63,975 bases of DNA, filler included, from Octopus bimaculoides (GCF_001194135.2; 6 parts of 5 records of this genome joined end to end with filler, not necessarily neighbours in it), one strand, 5' to 3'. Counted from the whole stretch's first letter, positions 1 through 13,303 are shown. Notes: generated by a model not told the origin, from the letters alone. Numbers and translations: made by a program.

Positions 1-26
1 ATATATATATATATATATATATATAC

Positions 27-255
27 ACATCTTTAAACTGTTTCTGCTTCAAAGCTGTAGTCATGATGGGGTACCAACGTTGACTGTGCTACACCATTAT
101 TTGAAGCCTTCTCTGATATGTGGCATTTGGTGAATGAGGGAGTTTGATGCTACTACCCTCATCTGTGTTTCCTGCCGTGAGGTAGGCTCATCTGGAATCC
201 TTGACAGAAGGAGGTCCAGTTTTGTTTTCAATACACCCACATCCACACCATGCAG
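27..255 (-). mobile_element. 3' end of a CR1/L2/Jockey-group LINE ORF2 plus 3' UTR
   Basis: The reverse strand from 255 reads LHGVDVGVLKTKLDLLLSRIPDEPTSRQETQMRVVASNSLIHQMPHIREGFK*, with the stop at 99-97. This matches the typical LINE C-terminal pattern FKxKLDxxLxxIPDEP...ASNSL. Confidence 0.75.
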
Positions 256-363
256 TGAAATGAAGTGTTTTGCTCAAGAACACAACGCGTCGCACGGTCC
301 AGGAATCGAAACCACAATCTTACGATTATGATGCTGACATCCAAACCACTAAGCTACGCGCCT

Positions 364-367
<4 letters not shown>
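256..367 (-). mobile_element. tRNA-derived SINE head, truncated; near-identical to 1478-1589
   Basis: Reverse complement GTGGAGGCGCGTAGCTTAGTGG...GTTTCGATTCCTGG...CATTTCA has A-box and B-box-like motifs and 2 mismatches to the copy at 1478. Confidence 0.85.
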
Positions 368-427
<60 letters not shown>

Positions 428-472
428 ATATATATATATATACATGTATGTATATATATATGAACATATATA
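366..472. repeat. (CA)n/(TA)n compound microsatellite
   Basis: Direct reading. Confidence 0.95.
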
Positions 473-985
473 TATTGACATGAACAATGATGCATCTTTC
501 CAAGTGCATATTACCAATTTGGTGATAAAATGCTAACGACTAGCTGGATGGATCCTCCGAACTTCCAAAATAAGAGAAGAAGAGACAATGATGGTCCTTT
601 GGAGGGCATACATCCTCAGCCGCTTGGACTGCAGCTCTCAACTATGGTTACCACACAATATAAAATTAATGGTGGAACTCGAAAGAATCCAACGAAGCTA
701 CACAATGCAATGCAACGTATCAGCTACTGGAAAAGATTGAAAGAATTAAACCTCTTCTCCCTAGAACGAAGGCGGAAAAGATAAACAGTAATATGCACCT
801 GAAAAATCCTGGAATGTCTTGTACCAAACTTAGGCATTGAAAGTTACACAAACAGCAGAATGGTGCGCCACTGCATCGTGCCAAAGATCCCAGCACCTCC
901 ATCAAAATACAGGACGTTATATTGCAACAGCTTGGGTTTCAACGGCCCACAGCTCTTCAAAATCCTTCCAAAATGCCTGAGAGAC
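473..985 (+). mobile_element. Decayed CR1/L2/Jockey-group LINE ORF2 C-terminal region
   Basis: With stops and frameshifts it reads IDMNNDASFQVHITNLVIKC*RLAGWILRTSKIREEETMMVLWRAYILSRLDCSSQLW ... SYWKRLKELNLFSLERRRKR ... NGPQLFKILPKCLRD. Confidence 0.8.
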
Positions 986-1078
986 TCATTCTAACATTTT
1001 TCTAACATTTTTCTGACATAATTTAAATATATACTTTAACCAAGTAACACAAGCCTTCTGTAGTTTTTTCACTCTTAT

Positions 1079-1125
<47 letters not shown>

Positions 1126-1477
1126 GNNNNNNNNNNNNNNNNNNNNNNNNNNNNNNNNNNNNNNNNNNNNNNNNNNNNNNNNNNNNNNNNNNNNNNNNNN
1201 NNNNNNNNNNNNNNNNNNNNNNNNNNNNNNNNNNNNNNNNNNNNNNNNNNNNNNNNNNNNNNNNNNNNNNNNNNNNNNNNNNNNNNNNNNNNNNNNNNNN
1301 NNNNNNNNNNNNNNNNNNNNNNNNNNNNNNNNNNNNNNNNNNNNNNNNNNNNNNNNNNNNNNNNNNNNNNNNNNNNNNNNNNNNNNNNNNNNNNNNNNNN
1401 NNNNNNNNNNNNNNNNNNNNNNNNNNNNNNNNNNNNNNNNNNNNNNNNNNNNNNTATATATATATATATATATATAT

Positions 1478-1727
1478 GTGGAGGCGCATAGCTTAGTGGT
1501 TTGGATGTCAGCATCATAATCGTAAGATTGTTGTTTCGATTCCTGGACCGTGCGACGCGTTGTGTTCTTGAGCAAAACACTTCATTTCACGTTGCTCCAG
1601 TTCACTCAGCTTGCAAAAATGGGTAACGCTGCGATGGACTGGCGTCCCGTCCAGCTGGGGAACACATACGCCATTGAAACTGGGAAACCGGGCCCATGAG
1701 GTTTGCTAGGCTTTAAAAGGGCACATT
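1478..1727 (+). mobile_element. Full-length tRNA-derived SINE
   Basis: A box (TAGCTTAGTGG), B box (GTTTCGATTCC), central TTGAGCAAAACACTT...TTGCTCCAG domain and an AT-rich tail. Confidence 0.85.
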
Positions 1728-1918
1728 TATTATTTATATATATATATATATTGTGACCATAGGATTGCACCTTGAAGTTAACCTCCGAGGCACAAGTATG
1801 GGTAAGGTTGTTTATGGAAGACCAGCAGTCGCTCATTTGCATGTATATATTATTTATTTATATATATATATGTGTGTGTGTGTGGGTGCGTGTGTGTATA
1901 TGCACATATATATATATG

Positions 1919-1952
<34 letters not shown>

Positions 1953-1965
1953 TATNNNNNNNNNN

Positions 1966-2005
<40 letters not shown>

Positions 2006-2011
2006 CATATA

Positions 2012-2201
2012 CATCACGTGATCACGTGACCGATTAGACTATCATATGTTGTTATTCATCGCTGGTCACAATGCGCTTTGCATTGTTTTAGCCTTCGAAT
2101 AACGTCACTCCGCGCTGATCGAAACGGGGACTAGAGCAACGTCGAATGAAATATTTTTCAACCGTGAGTGCAACACCCTAACCACTAGATCATGTGCCTT
2201 C
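2012..2201 (-). mobile_element. Internally deleted SINE remnant
   Basis: Reverse strand GAAGGCACATGATCTAGTGGTTAGGGTGTTGCACTC is a tRNA-like head followed by GACGTTGCTCTAG. Confidence 0.55.
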
Positions 2202-3099
2202 ACACACACATACACACACACACACGCATACATGTATATACATGCACATGCTTATAAACATAGGAAAAGGCATTGCGTTTGCCATTATGAATGTACTCAA
2301 TCCAGTGACATACTACAACAGTTTTATTCGAGACTGACCAACCTCACCTTATTTTAAAATAATCTTTCCCACCGTCTTAATCTCTTTCTTGCAACCCTAG
2401 ATGATTCAAATCGTTTTAGAGATGGTGTCACGATAAACACACGGAAAGCACTCAGATGACTTGTATTTTTTATCACATTGTAGTAAAAGACATTTAACAT
2501 GAGGAAAACTTAATAGAATAGGTTGTTTTTTTCCCTCCCGAAAATGTCACGCCTGAGAAACTAAAGTAATTTTATGCAATATGTCATTTCGTGCAAATCG
2601 CATATTGCCATATGACTAACCTTTTTGCTTAAACTTGAAATATCTTCAGAGGCTTTAGTACCGAGATCAGATTGGAGACGTTATTTTAATTGAACAATTA
2701 ATTAGTGATAATAAAAACAAAATGCGTATGAGGTATTCTTTATCATCTAAGAATATAATAAATTAAAGCTAAATATTTTGATCAACTTTACATTGTATGT
2801 CTAGGGTCTGAGGTGAAATATATTTCTCTCGGGGAAGTTAAACTTAGCAGTGCTATTTAATGAAACAATGTTCTGGCTGTTTACATTTGTGAGCTATATC
2901 AAACACAACATGATATCTATTTACAGCAAGGTGAATTGTACCCTGAGAAATAGGTCTATTAGCAATATACATAGCGCAGAAATAAAGATTAGATATAAAT
3001 TACCGATCTTTCGTTAGGCAGTGCCGGAATCGAGTATAACCTGGTAGCATGTACAGAGTTCTTGCTAATTGTTTTAGGTGCCAATGTTGTTGCAAGCTG

Positions 3100-3309
3100 A
3101 CACAGCACAGATATCCAATAGCTTCTCACGCTGACCCAGCGGACACATGCGGGACAGCTGAAGGGAAATAGGGTTTCACTAGTAGTCGGTTGGTATTTAT
3201 TCCGGTTGAGTAGACAGGAGCAACGTAAAATGAATTATTTCGCTCCCTGGCCAGGAATCAAATCAACGACCAGGAGCTTAACACCCTAACCACAAAACCA
3301 CGCATCTTC
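3100..3309 (-). mobile_element. Degenerate SINE remnant
   Basis: Reverse strand GTGGTTAGGGTGTTAAG...GATTCCTGG resembles the other SINE heads in the window. Confidence 0.4.
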
Positions 3310-3354
3310 AATAGTTATGAAATTTTAAGATAGTATCCCTGATAGAATATATAA

Positions 3355-3565
3355 ACATTAATCCCTCGACTATCGTGGGTGTTACGTTCCAGAAAACCGG
3401 CGATAGGTGAAAATCCGTGAAGTAGAAACAGTACTGTATTGTATACTTTTTAAAATTATTTTTATAATTTGTATATATTTATTTTATTATAAATGCAAAA
3501 CAACACCACAGAGGAATCGACGTAAACCGCGATAGGTGAATCGCAATATGGCGAGGGATTATTGT
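3355..3565. mobile_element. Tc1/pogo(Tigger)-like MITE
   Basis: Imperfect TIRs AACATTAATCCCTCG and CGAGGGATTATTGTA (13/15), TA at the right end, and an internal repeated GCGATAGGTGAA. Confidence 0.55.
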
Positions 3566-4750
3566 ATCTTTATAGTTGTCATGTATTCTATCAGAGAACA
3601 TCGTCGGGTACTGGCTTAAAACTTTGAAACGCTTAGATAAATTCCGAAACATCATAACTTTAGGCATAATTACTCACTTATGAAAATATCTTGTGAGTGA
3701 AATAAAAATCTCATGTATGAAGACTAGAACTTTCATAGACGAAATGCTGTTTTTATACTTATTCTATGGATGCAGCGTGGTCAAATGGTTGGAATTTTTG
3801 CCTTGCAAATACACTCGGTATCTTAGGCGAGTATTTTTCATCATAGCCTCGGGTTGACTCAAGTTTTGCGAAGGAAAGTGGGTAAACGGTAGCTACTGAA
3901 TATGTTAATAACTGAAGCAGATAAACGTTAGGAAATGTTCTCTATGCTTGTTGTTGTTGTTGTTGTCGTCGTCGTTGTTGTTGTTGTTGCTGTTGTTGTT
4001 GTTAGTTGCTAGTCAGCCATGATTCAAAGAGGTGGAACCAGTGATGTTCAAGTTGTGACCATCCTTATTTCTCAGGTTGTGTTTATCTATAGCTATCTAA
4101 TACGCCCTTTCCTTTTTAGGGTAGTAGAGTGTGCTTTGAGGGAGATTTGATTAATATTTCTTGGAGACGAAATGACTTAGAAGAGGCTTACATATTGGCT
4201 AGTATTTCAATGTATACGTTGTTAATAAAACATCTATTCTGATCCTGTGAATGTTATTAATTTTGTTCATTGTTATTTCAAACTATCTATGAACTTCAGA
4301 TTATATCGAACAAATTTGCATGGATAAGTTCTAGAAACCATATTTATGGCAATAATAGGAGGTTATTAAAAACTGTATAAAGCATCATATCCAAGTACGA
4401 AATGAAAATGAAAATGAAAATGAAAATGAAAAAGATATACCGAGAAAACAAAATTCATTTGAATTCCAAGGCTTCTTTCCAAATAATACCTTTAATATGA
4501 ACTGCTGCTTATTGTTGGGAATACTATTCATAAACGATAATCTATAAAATCTAAATGCAGTTAAATCTTTGCAGTAATATATATTTTAATTACTTCTCTT
4601 AAGCTGGTGAAATCACCACGGTGTAACCCTAACCCTTTTAAAAGCATGAGTTATGTTGAAGAGCTAAGCGATATATTTATCCCACGTCTCCATTTTTAAT
4701 AGCACTTATTTTACATATGTACGCTCACGCACTCGCGAGCACTCGCGCGC

Positions 4751-4851
<101 letters not shown>

Positions 4852-5309
4852 TAACCACCCTCCACAGGTACTCACACATGCACAGGCATACATAAACATA
4901 TAAAATATTATTATAATATTAAGCTATAGAAAGAAGGAGAGAAAAAGAAAGCATTATGTTATAGAGAATTGACGTTGAATCATGGAAATTAACGTAGATA
5001 CTTAAGAAATTGAGTTGACTAGAGGCCACATCCGTGATTAGCCGGACGCTTTTCAAGGGTCAGATATAACCTAGTGTAAAGGTCGCAAGCTGGTGCGTTT
5101 TTTTTCTGGTTTCAATTGACTCAGAATAATGACAAATTGCCTCGTTTATTAAAAATGAGACTGTTCTTAGCACCCTTTAAGCAGTTGGTGAATAACTTTA
5201 AAATAATTTCGGTGTGGGTGATAAAATATCACCAGTTGTCATAGTTATTTTAATCGCTTGTTTAAGCACTGTTTCGCATTATTTCTGCCAGAAACTTATG
5301 TACGTAGAA

Positions 5310-5500
5310 GATATTTATTTCAAATTTTGGAAATTGGCCAGCAATTTTAGGGAGAGGGGCAAATCGATTACATCGATCTCAATACTTGACTGATATTTTA
5401 TTTTATCGACTCCGAAAGGGTGAAAGACAACGTTGACAATGGCGGAATTTTAACTCGGAACGGAAAGAGCTGGAGTGAATACCGCATTTTATACTTAGAA
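5310..5500 (-). mobile_element. Decayed SINE of the TAA-tailed family (Nin/Deu-like central domain)
   Basis: ATCGACTCCGAAAGGGTGAAAGACAACGTTGAC is the reverse complement of the GCCTTTCATCCTTTCGGGGTCGAT core seen at 16831-17825. Confidence 0.6.
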
Positions 5501-5759
5501 AATACTGAACATTCTGTATAGTTTCTTTTATAGAAATGATGCAAAAATTGTTTATTTGCGTCATTAAACCTACACATTTTTCAGTGTCATTATACATATC
5601 TTTTAGAATATTCTTATCCTGTGTTTTAATCTACTTCTATGTAAACGGCTGCAATGTTTCCTTTTATCTAATAAATCATACCCGATTAGACGTCAAGATG
5701 TCGATCAACATAAGTGCCGTTAATAGAGGTTTCTACAATAGGTAAAAATACAGCAGTAC

Positions 5760-5992
5760 TGAGGGGAAGGAGTTACACGACACCAGCAGCCTCAATATAT
5801 GACTAGTACTTTATGTCATCGACCCTGAAAGGATAAAAGGCAAAGTTGATTCTGCCAGAATTTGAACAGAACCGCAACAAACACTGCAAGATATTTTGTT
5901 TTGATTCTCTAACGATTATGTCAGAATTGTTAGCACGCCAGACGAAATTCTTAGCGGCATTTCGTCTGTCCGTACGTTCTGAGTTCGAATGT
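5760..5992. mobile_element. Two head-to-head SINE fragments of the TAA-tailed family (5760-5920 minus, 5921-5992 plus)
   Basis: ATCGACCCTGAAAGGATAAAAGGCAAAGT (minus core) is followed directly by GTTAGCACGCCAGACGAAATTCTTAGCGGCATTTCG (plus head). Confidence 0.65.
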
Positions 5993-6714
5993 TTATTATC
6001 ATGTTTATTTGACTATATACTTGCACGAGATCATCTATTTATGAGTCGCACATTTGTATTTAAAAAAACGCATTTAAATTCAGATAGCGATAGATTTCGA
6101 ACTGAGAAAATTCGCACGTAATTAACAGCTCCTTATGCTCTGATAACACCAATGCACTTTGTTTTGCATTTTATTTTTGTCCTGGGAGAAAACATGTAAA
6201 GCTAGATTAATGATGTCCACAAAAAGAAGTAAACTCGATTGCTAACACAAACACTACTCAAAATAAGCTAGCAGTATGAAAAGTCATGGTAGACTACAAC
6301 TGGTTAGACAAAACGAAGTGATAAGATGATGCAGATAGCTGGACCATAACAGTTCAGAAAAGAAAGCCGAAGAGAAAGAGCGATTCACTTCTGATATGAC
6401 AACTCGTGAGTATACTTATGGATAATAATAACTGATATTGATGGGTATACTATTATGCTCCCGAGCTTTATTTTCCTTGAGGTGAAAGTCAAATCTAGGA
6501 CTAGTGGGAAATATAAACAGACAGTCAACCTTCTGCTGCAACGATCGTAGTATCAGGAATGTGCACGACAGGGAAGTACCGTTACTTTTATAAGGGCACA
6601 AGGAGTGAGTTGCGATGCTGCGTCTTTCATCGAAGTGCTGTCGGTGTCTGGGAAAGGAAGTTTTAGCCTAGCCGTACTATTGTCGTCATCGGGGCTCATC
6701 TTTGGGAGGAACAC

Positions 6715-6786
<72 letters not shown>

Positions 6787-9700
6787 TCCGATGTATCCAA
6801 TACCTTGTGAGTGGAAAATTGGTCGACGGAAACACACACACATGCGCGCGCGCATAATCAAAGACCGTGAGTGCTTAATGTGTCTATTTCTGGACGAAAA
6901 GAAAAAAAAATTGCAACATTGACCGAAATAAAACCTAGTTCCACCAGTCATAGACCCATTCATTAAATACGAATAAAAGTAAAAAAAAAAAAAAAGGAAA
7001 ACCTTAAAACGCAATATTTAAAAGAAACAATTTAATATTTTATAAAATGTCTAGTCAAAAGTGAATAAGACGTCTTTTTTATATTCTATGAACATTTCAA
7101 GTCAGTCTTTATGTTAGAGAAATACGAGTCAATGGATTACAGATTAAATCTTGCCTCCAAGTATTTATATTCGTAAATAGGAAGAACGCTGTCAAGAAAA
7201 TCATATATGAATTCTACAAACTTTATCCTGAATACTACCAACAATCAACTCCTTGCTCAAGCTACGCACACCGTAAAATTCTTTCATCACATCCCGTCGT
7301 GTTCTCAATTGAATTGCCGCTGTGATTAAAAATATTCTTTTCCTCTATATTAGCTGTTACACGTTCTTATCTTGAGAATTTTCAACAAGTTCTAGTTTTT
7401 TTTCTTATGTGAGGCGCATTCATACTTCCGATTTAATAACTCCTTTAGCATTAGTTGGCGGTTTTACGGTAGTAGATCTAACAGTAAAATTTTCATCATA
7501 AAAAATTTTCAACACGTTCCCATTTTCTATGTGAGATACATTTACACTTCCAATTAAACATTTTCTGAAGCGTTGGTTAACTATATTACAGTAGCAGTTA
7601 TAAAAATGAAATTTTACTCAATAACTGCTTTTGGATATATAAAATTCTGGAACAAGGGATTGTAAACAAGTTTCTAATCTGTCTAAACTAATTTTCAAGG
7701 ACGTTCAGTTATTTAGACTATGCCATAATTTAGCTTTTATTAATGCAGTAATTTTTTTTATATTCTCATTGCATCTTATACTTTTCCTATTATAGTAGAT
7801 CAAGCTGGTATAGCAAAATAATTACAGGTACCCAATTTCTCAATATTAAGAGTTTCGAGACTTTAATCTTTTCGGAAATCAGTTGTCAGTAGTTTTTAGT
7901 AATAAATTATGAAAATTGACCAGAAATAAAAGTGAGATTGTATGTATACACTGGTTAAATGTTAAATAAAGTTTTATGTTTTACTACTGCTTTATTTGTA
8001 TATTTCAATACTTTAGTGGTAAGGTTATTATTATTCTAGCAAATTAAATCGTTATAATTTTTCAACATAACCATTCTTCCTTGGACTTATCCTTCTCCAA
8101 CAGACCAGGATCTGGATCAAAGATATCATTCAGACGGATGTTAATACGGTTGGTGCGTTATCTTGAAAGCTTATCTTTCTTTGGGGATTAGAGAATGGAA
8201 TTTGGTAACACTTCTATTCTGTGATTAAAGTTTTTGCAATCATTTGGAGCTATCATTCTGTAAATTGGAATTATGAGTGATGATACTTCAAATGACACTA
8301 CAATTAACACTTACGAGGTTTACTTGCCAAATTTTACAGTTGATTTCTTTGAGAATGCTTCAAGAAGAAAGATAAACTTTTTTATCCGAATTCAAGATGG
8401 CTTTAAAACGGTTACAAAGTACATCATGACGATTTCGGAGACAAAAGCTACACTTATATGTATTGTAAATGGATTTATAAGAGGCACAACTGAATTATTG
8501 GCAGGAGCATATTGTTCCATTTAGGTGAATTGATGAACATCAATAATAATCTCTGATATAGGTCACAAGGCCAGAAAATGGGGCAAGATGGTAAAGTGGG
8601 GTTAATATCGATCCCAATACTTTAGAACATAAAGACCCGGTTCAGATATCGCAAGGCATTTTGTCCGACGATTTGACGATTCTGCCAAGTCTTTCAACTT
8701 TCAAACATCTGTAGGAATAACAATCACAAATAAGACTAATAGATAATAAATAAAAGATTATATTGGATGCAAGGAGCAAAAGGGCAACGAAATGTTCTGC
8801 ATTTAGAGTGACATTATGACGTTTTATGAATAACGTAAGCAACATCTGGCAGAATTTCAATAGCCAGAACAAAACTTAAGTGGAAGAGGGAAAAAGTCGT
8901 GGACGGAGTTACACTGAGAGAAGTGGTTATAATTGGATGTGTCAACATGGATAGGAGTGGTGAACTCGCAGTTCTTTTGCAGGCTTTATGATTCAGAGTG
9001 CTTCACTGATGGTGCACGGGTGAGCTGCGGCTAGTCTAGCAAGCAGGTACAAATGCAAGAATAACACAAGCAACAGCAACACTTTTAGTAACAATAACAG
9101 CTAAAACAACTGCGAGGCAAACAAAGAAGTCTGTATGCGGTTATTCGACCTACAACAAATCACATATTGCCGTCTTAAATAAAAAAGCATACATTGGACA
9201 ATATAATTTTTGGTGTGCAAAAAGGTAAAATGGTTACGAATGGGAGGCTTTTGATCATAAGTTTATCCAATCAAGGCCGACATGAAATCAAACAACAGCA
9301 ATAACACAAACATTTAAAACAAAAATGTCATATAAGTAAGGCAATCTATTTCTACACAAAGTTTACATTTATTCTTAAACAACATTTCCTTAGAAAGGCA
9401 TCAATACACAACTACATCAGGTTTTTTTGTTTTGTTATTCAGAGCTGAATGGTTTATTTGTTAATGTTCTTGAAGTGATGATGTGTCAGTTGGATGAAAA
9501 ATATTCTGTCACTCCAACTTAAGAGATGACGGATAAGCGATTCTTTAGTTCCTGTTTGAGCCAAATACTTCACGAGAAATCCACTAATTGCTTACAATGA
9601 ACTGAGACGACTGTTGTTCGCATGAGGCAGACTTTAGTCATTAATTACTTTGTCACTTGTGGACCGAGGTTCTATGACTTCTACCTATATGTTAAATCTT

Positions 9701-10391
9701 GTTTTGATATATGTCTTTGTTTTAAGTTGAAATGTAAAGTTAAAGACGATGTTTGGTTGCAAGTAGGGAATTAGTTACATTTTATATAATTGTTATCTCT
9801 AAATAGACGCAAGTCTATTTATATATGACATGGTTAAGAAGTCCGTTTCTTGGTTCGATCCCACTGTATAACACATTGGGTTATTATATTCTAATACAGT
9901 CTCGAGTCGACTAATGTAATGTGAGTGTATGTATATATATGTATATATGTGTATATATATATGTATATATGTATGTATATATATGTATATATGTATATAT
10001 NNNNNNNNNNNNNNNNNNNNNNNNNNNNNNNNNNNNNNNNNNNNNNNNNNNNNNNNNNNNNNNNNNNNNNNNNNNNNNNNNNNNNNNNNNNNNNNNNNNN
10101 NNNNNNNNNNNNNNNNNNNNNNNNNNNNNNNNNNNNNNNNNNNNNNNNNNNNNNNNNNNNNNNNNNNNNNNNNNNNNNNNNNNNNNNNNNNNNNNNNNNN
10201 NNNNNNNNNNNNNNNNNNNNNNNNNNNNNNNNNNNNNNNNNNNNNNNNNNNNNNNNNNNNNNNNNNNNNNNNNNNNNNNNNNNNNNNNNNNNNNNNNNNN
10301 NNNNNNNNNNNNNNNNNNNNNNNNNNNNNNNNNNNNNNNNNNNNNNNNNNNNNNNNNNNNNNNNNNTATATATATATATATACATATACAT

Positions 10392-10464
<73 letters not shown>

Positions 10465-12149
10465 CATATACATATATATTTATATATACTTATACATGCA
10501 CATACACACACGCACTCACCCCCATCCACATACACCTACTTATATAATGGATTTCGGTCGGAATTTCTAGCGATGAATGCTCACTGCTCAATGTGGAGTA
10601 CCCTTTTTAAAGGCTCTGGGGTGAGATTTGAAAGCTTTTGGCTGCTGCTTCTAAACAAAGCGAGCAACCTCGTGGGATTCCCACGTTGGATAGATTATTA
10701 TTATTTAGTTTGTAACAATGTTGCGAGTACCATAGGGCAGGAGGTAAGTTGCAGGCAATTCCTTAGTTTATGTTTGCTAAATTAGAAATATTCTAGGAGA
10801 CGACAAGAACATCACTATGTTTGATCTCTAGAGATAAATAGCGAATCATCATCATGTCTATTTGCAAACACAAGTAAAATTGTAGCTACAAACTGATCTC
10901 ACTTTCCAGCCATAGCTATTTCACTTCACTAACAATGAAAAAAGCATGAACATCACAGCACGATCATAGGAGTCTCTCAGTGGTGCTTCTATCTTCTTGA
11001 GATAGCAACCAAATCTCATTCATATCACATCTTACTACCTTCTTAAAAGAAAACATTGAATAACAGTCTTTGATACAATATGTTCGAAAAATAAAAAGAC
11101 GGGATGGCCATAGCGAGAATATATTTGTTCATTGTTCTACACCATCTGAGTTTAATGGAACTAAACAACAACTACACGATCATTAGATATTTTCGTTTAA
11201 AACATTTAAGGTTCGTGTTTAGTAATGGTTATTCTGGTTGTAGGTCCCAAGGGTCCCAGAGAATCAGACTCTCATCGAGCCGAATCCGTGACTCCTAATT
11301 TGATTCCAGGTTATTTCACTTCTTATACTTCACTAACGCCCATGGGACAGTCAAAAACACCATAATATCTCATTTTATTTGTATATAAATCTTGAATTTT
11401 CATGACTATCTTTTTACAAATAGTAACACATATTTTATGTGAACAAACAATGCTGGTCTGTATATACTATCTAATGGAATTCAAGATCAGGTGCTTAATC
11501 TATTGAATGAAAGTTAAATGTTTAGCTTCTCGTTCATATCTTAGTAGGTAGGCTACCACACAAGTAAACAGACACATAATTTATGCATGCATGTATGTAT
11601 GTATGCATGTATGTATGTATGTATGTATGTATGTATGCATGCAATATATTCATATATGTATATGTATATTTAACTTTAATAGACAGAGAGGTTAGTAAGT
11701 ATTTAGAACAGACTTTTGAACGTTATTGCCTTCGTTCTTAATGTCGGAAGCATCGCTTATCTATGTTGCAAGGAAATTAAATTTTATTTGAAGAAGGCGC
11801 GATGGGCCAATACGGTATTTCACCGCAGCATCTCATACTAACTTTATAGGTAATAAAGTCCTTTTATTTTTCTTACACAGAAATCTTGAAACAGTATACG
11901 CAACAAAACGTTTAGAGAAAGCATTTCCACCTAGATGCCTTTGTAGCGAACAGAGTTCTCATTGAAGCAGTAGATATAGTTTCTGCATAATATATTCACA
12001 ACCTGTCAGTTGTAGTATTTTTCTTTTGGCTAAGCAAGCATAGACACAAATTATTTTCTCTACACCTCTCTTTCCGCATATGTATGCGCGTGCGCACGTG
12101 TGTTTGCGTGTGTGTGTTTATATCAATTATCTTTATTACTACTGTGGCA

Positions 12150-12360
12150 GACAATCCTTTCGAGATTGCACTCACGCAAGACATTACTAATGTATTTGTA
12201 TCAGCATTTCATCAGTCAAGCTTACATCTTCGTACATAATGTATAAACGCCTAGTTAGAATAGAGGCAGCTGATGAAGGAATAATTCCAAGTGGCTATCT
12301 GTTTTCCTATGTGTTCGTTCCGTTGTCTGTAGTTCATTTTTCTAACGTCCTGTACCTTGA
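12150..12360 (+). mobile_element. Possible Penelope-like terminal repeat remnant
   Basis: Contains CTGATGAA-GGAA-TAA-TTCC at 12270-12288, a decayed hammerhead-core-like motif. The family call is inference. Confidence 0.3.
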
Positions 12361-13254
12361 TATGCATCTATATACACATGTAGATGTAAGTATGTACATA
12401 TACGTGTGTATACATGCATATATATTCTTTGTATTATTATTATTATTAATATTATTATTATTATTATTATTATTATTATNNNNNNNNNNNNNNNNNNNNN
12501 NNNNNNNNNNNNNNNNNNNNNNNNNNNNNNNNNNNNNNNNNNNNNNNNNNNNNNNNNNNNNNNNNNNNNNNNNNNNNNNNNNNNNNNNNNNNNNNNNNNN
12601 NNNNNNNNNNNNNNNNNNNNNNNNNNNNNNNNNNNNNNNNNNNNNNNNNNNNNNNNNNNNNNNNNNNNNNNNNNNNNNNNNNNNNNNNNNNNNNNNNNNN
12701 NNNNNNNNNNNNNNNNNNNNNNNNNNNNNNNNNNNNNNNNNNNNNNNNNNNNNNNNNNNNNNNNNNNNNNNNNNNNNNNNNNNNNNNNNNNNNNNNNNNN
12801 NNNNNNNNNNNNNNNNNNNNNNNNNNNNNNNNNNNNNNNNNNNNNNNNNNNNNNNNNNNNNNNNNNNNNNNNNNNNNNNNNNNNNNNNNNNNNNNNNNNN
12901 NNNNNNNNNNNNNNNNNNNNNNNNNNNNNNNNNNNNNNNNNNNNNNNNNNNNNNNNNNNNNNNNNNNNNNNNNNNNNNNNNNNNNNNNNNNNNNNNNNNN
13001 NNNNNNNNNNNNNNNNNNNNNNNNNNNNNNNNNNNNNNNNNNNNNNNNNNNNNNNNNNNNNNNNNNNNNNNNNNNNNNNNNNNNNNNNNNNNNNNNNNNN
13101 NNNNNNNNNNNNNNNNNNNNNNNNNNNNNNNNNNNNNNNNNNNNNNNNNNNNNNNNNNNNNNNNNNNNNNNNNNNNNNNNNNNNNNNNNNNNNNNNNNNN
13201 NNNNNNNNNNATATGTGTGTGTGTATGTATGTATATTTATGTATATATGTATAC

Positions 13255-13303
<49 letters not shown>

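Noticed and set aside
1087-1477. 328-N gap as hidden content
   Set aside because: Both sides show (TA)n leading to TGTGG, the SINE start, so the gap is probably an unresolved microsatellite overlap.
10709-10743. Short exon candidate with strong GAG|GTAAGT donor
   Set aside because: The acceptor is a TTA run, and it abuts an interspersed repeat (10590-10690) that recurs at about 4100 and 10960.
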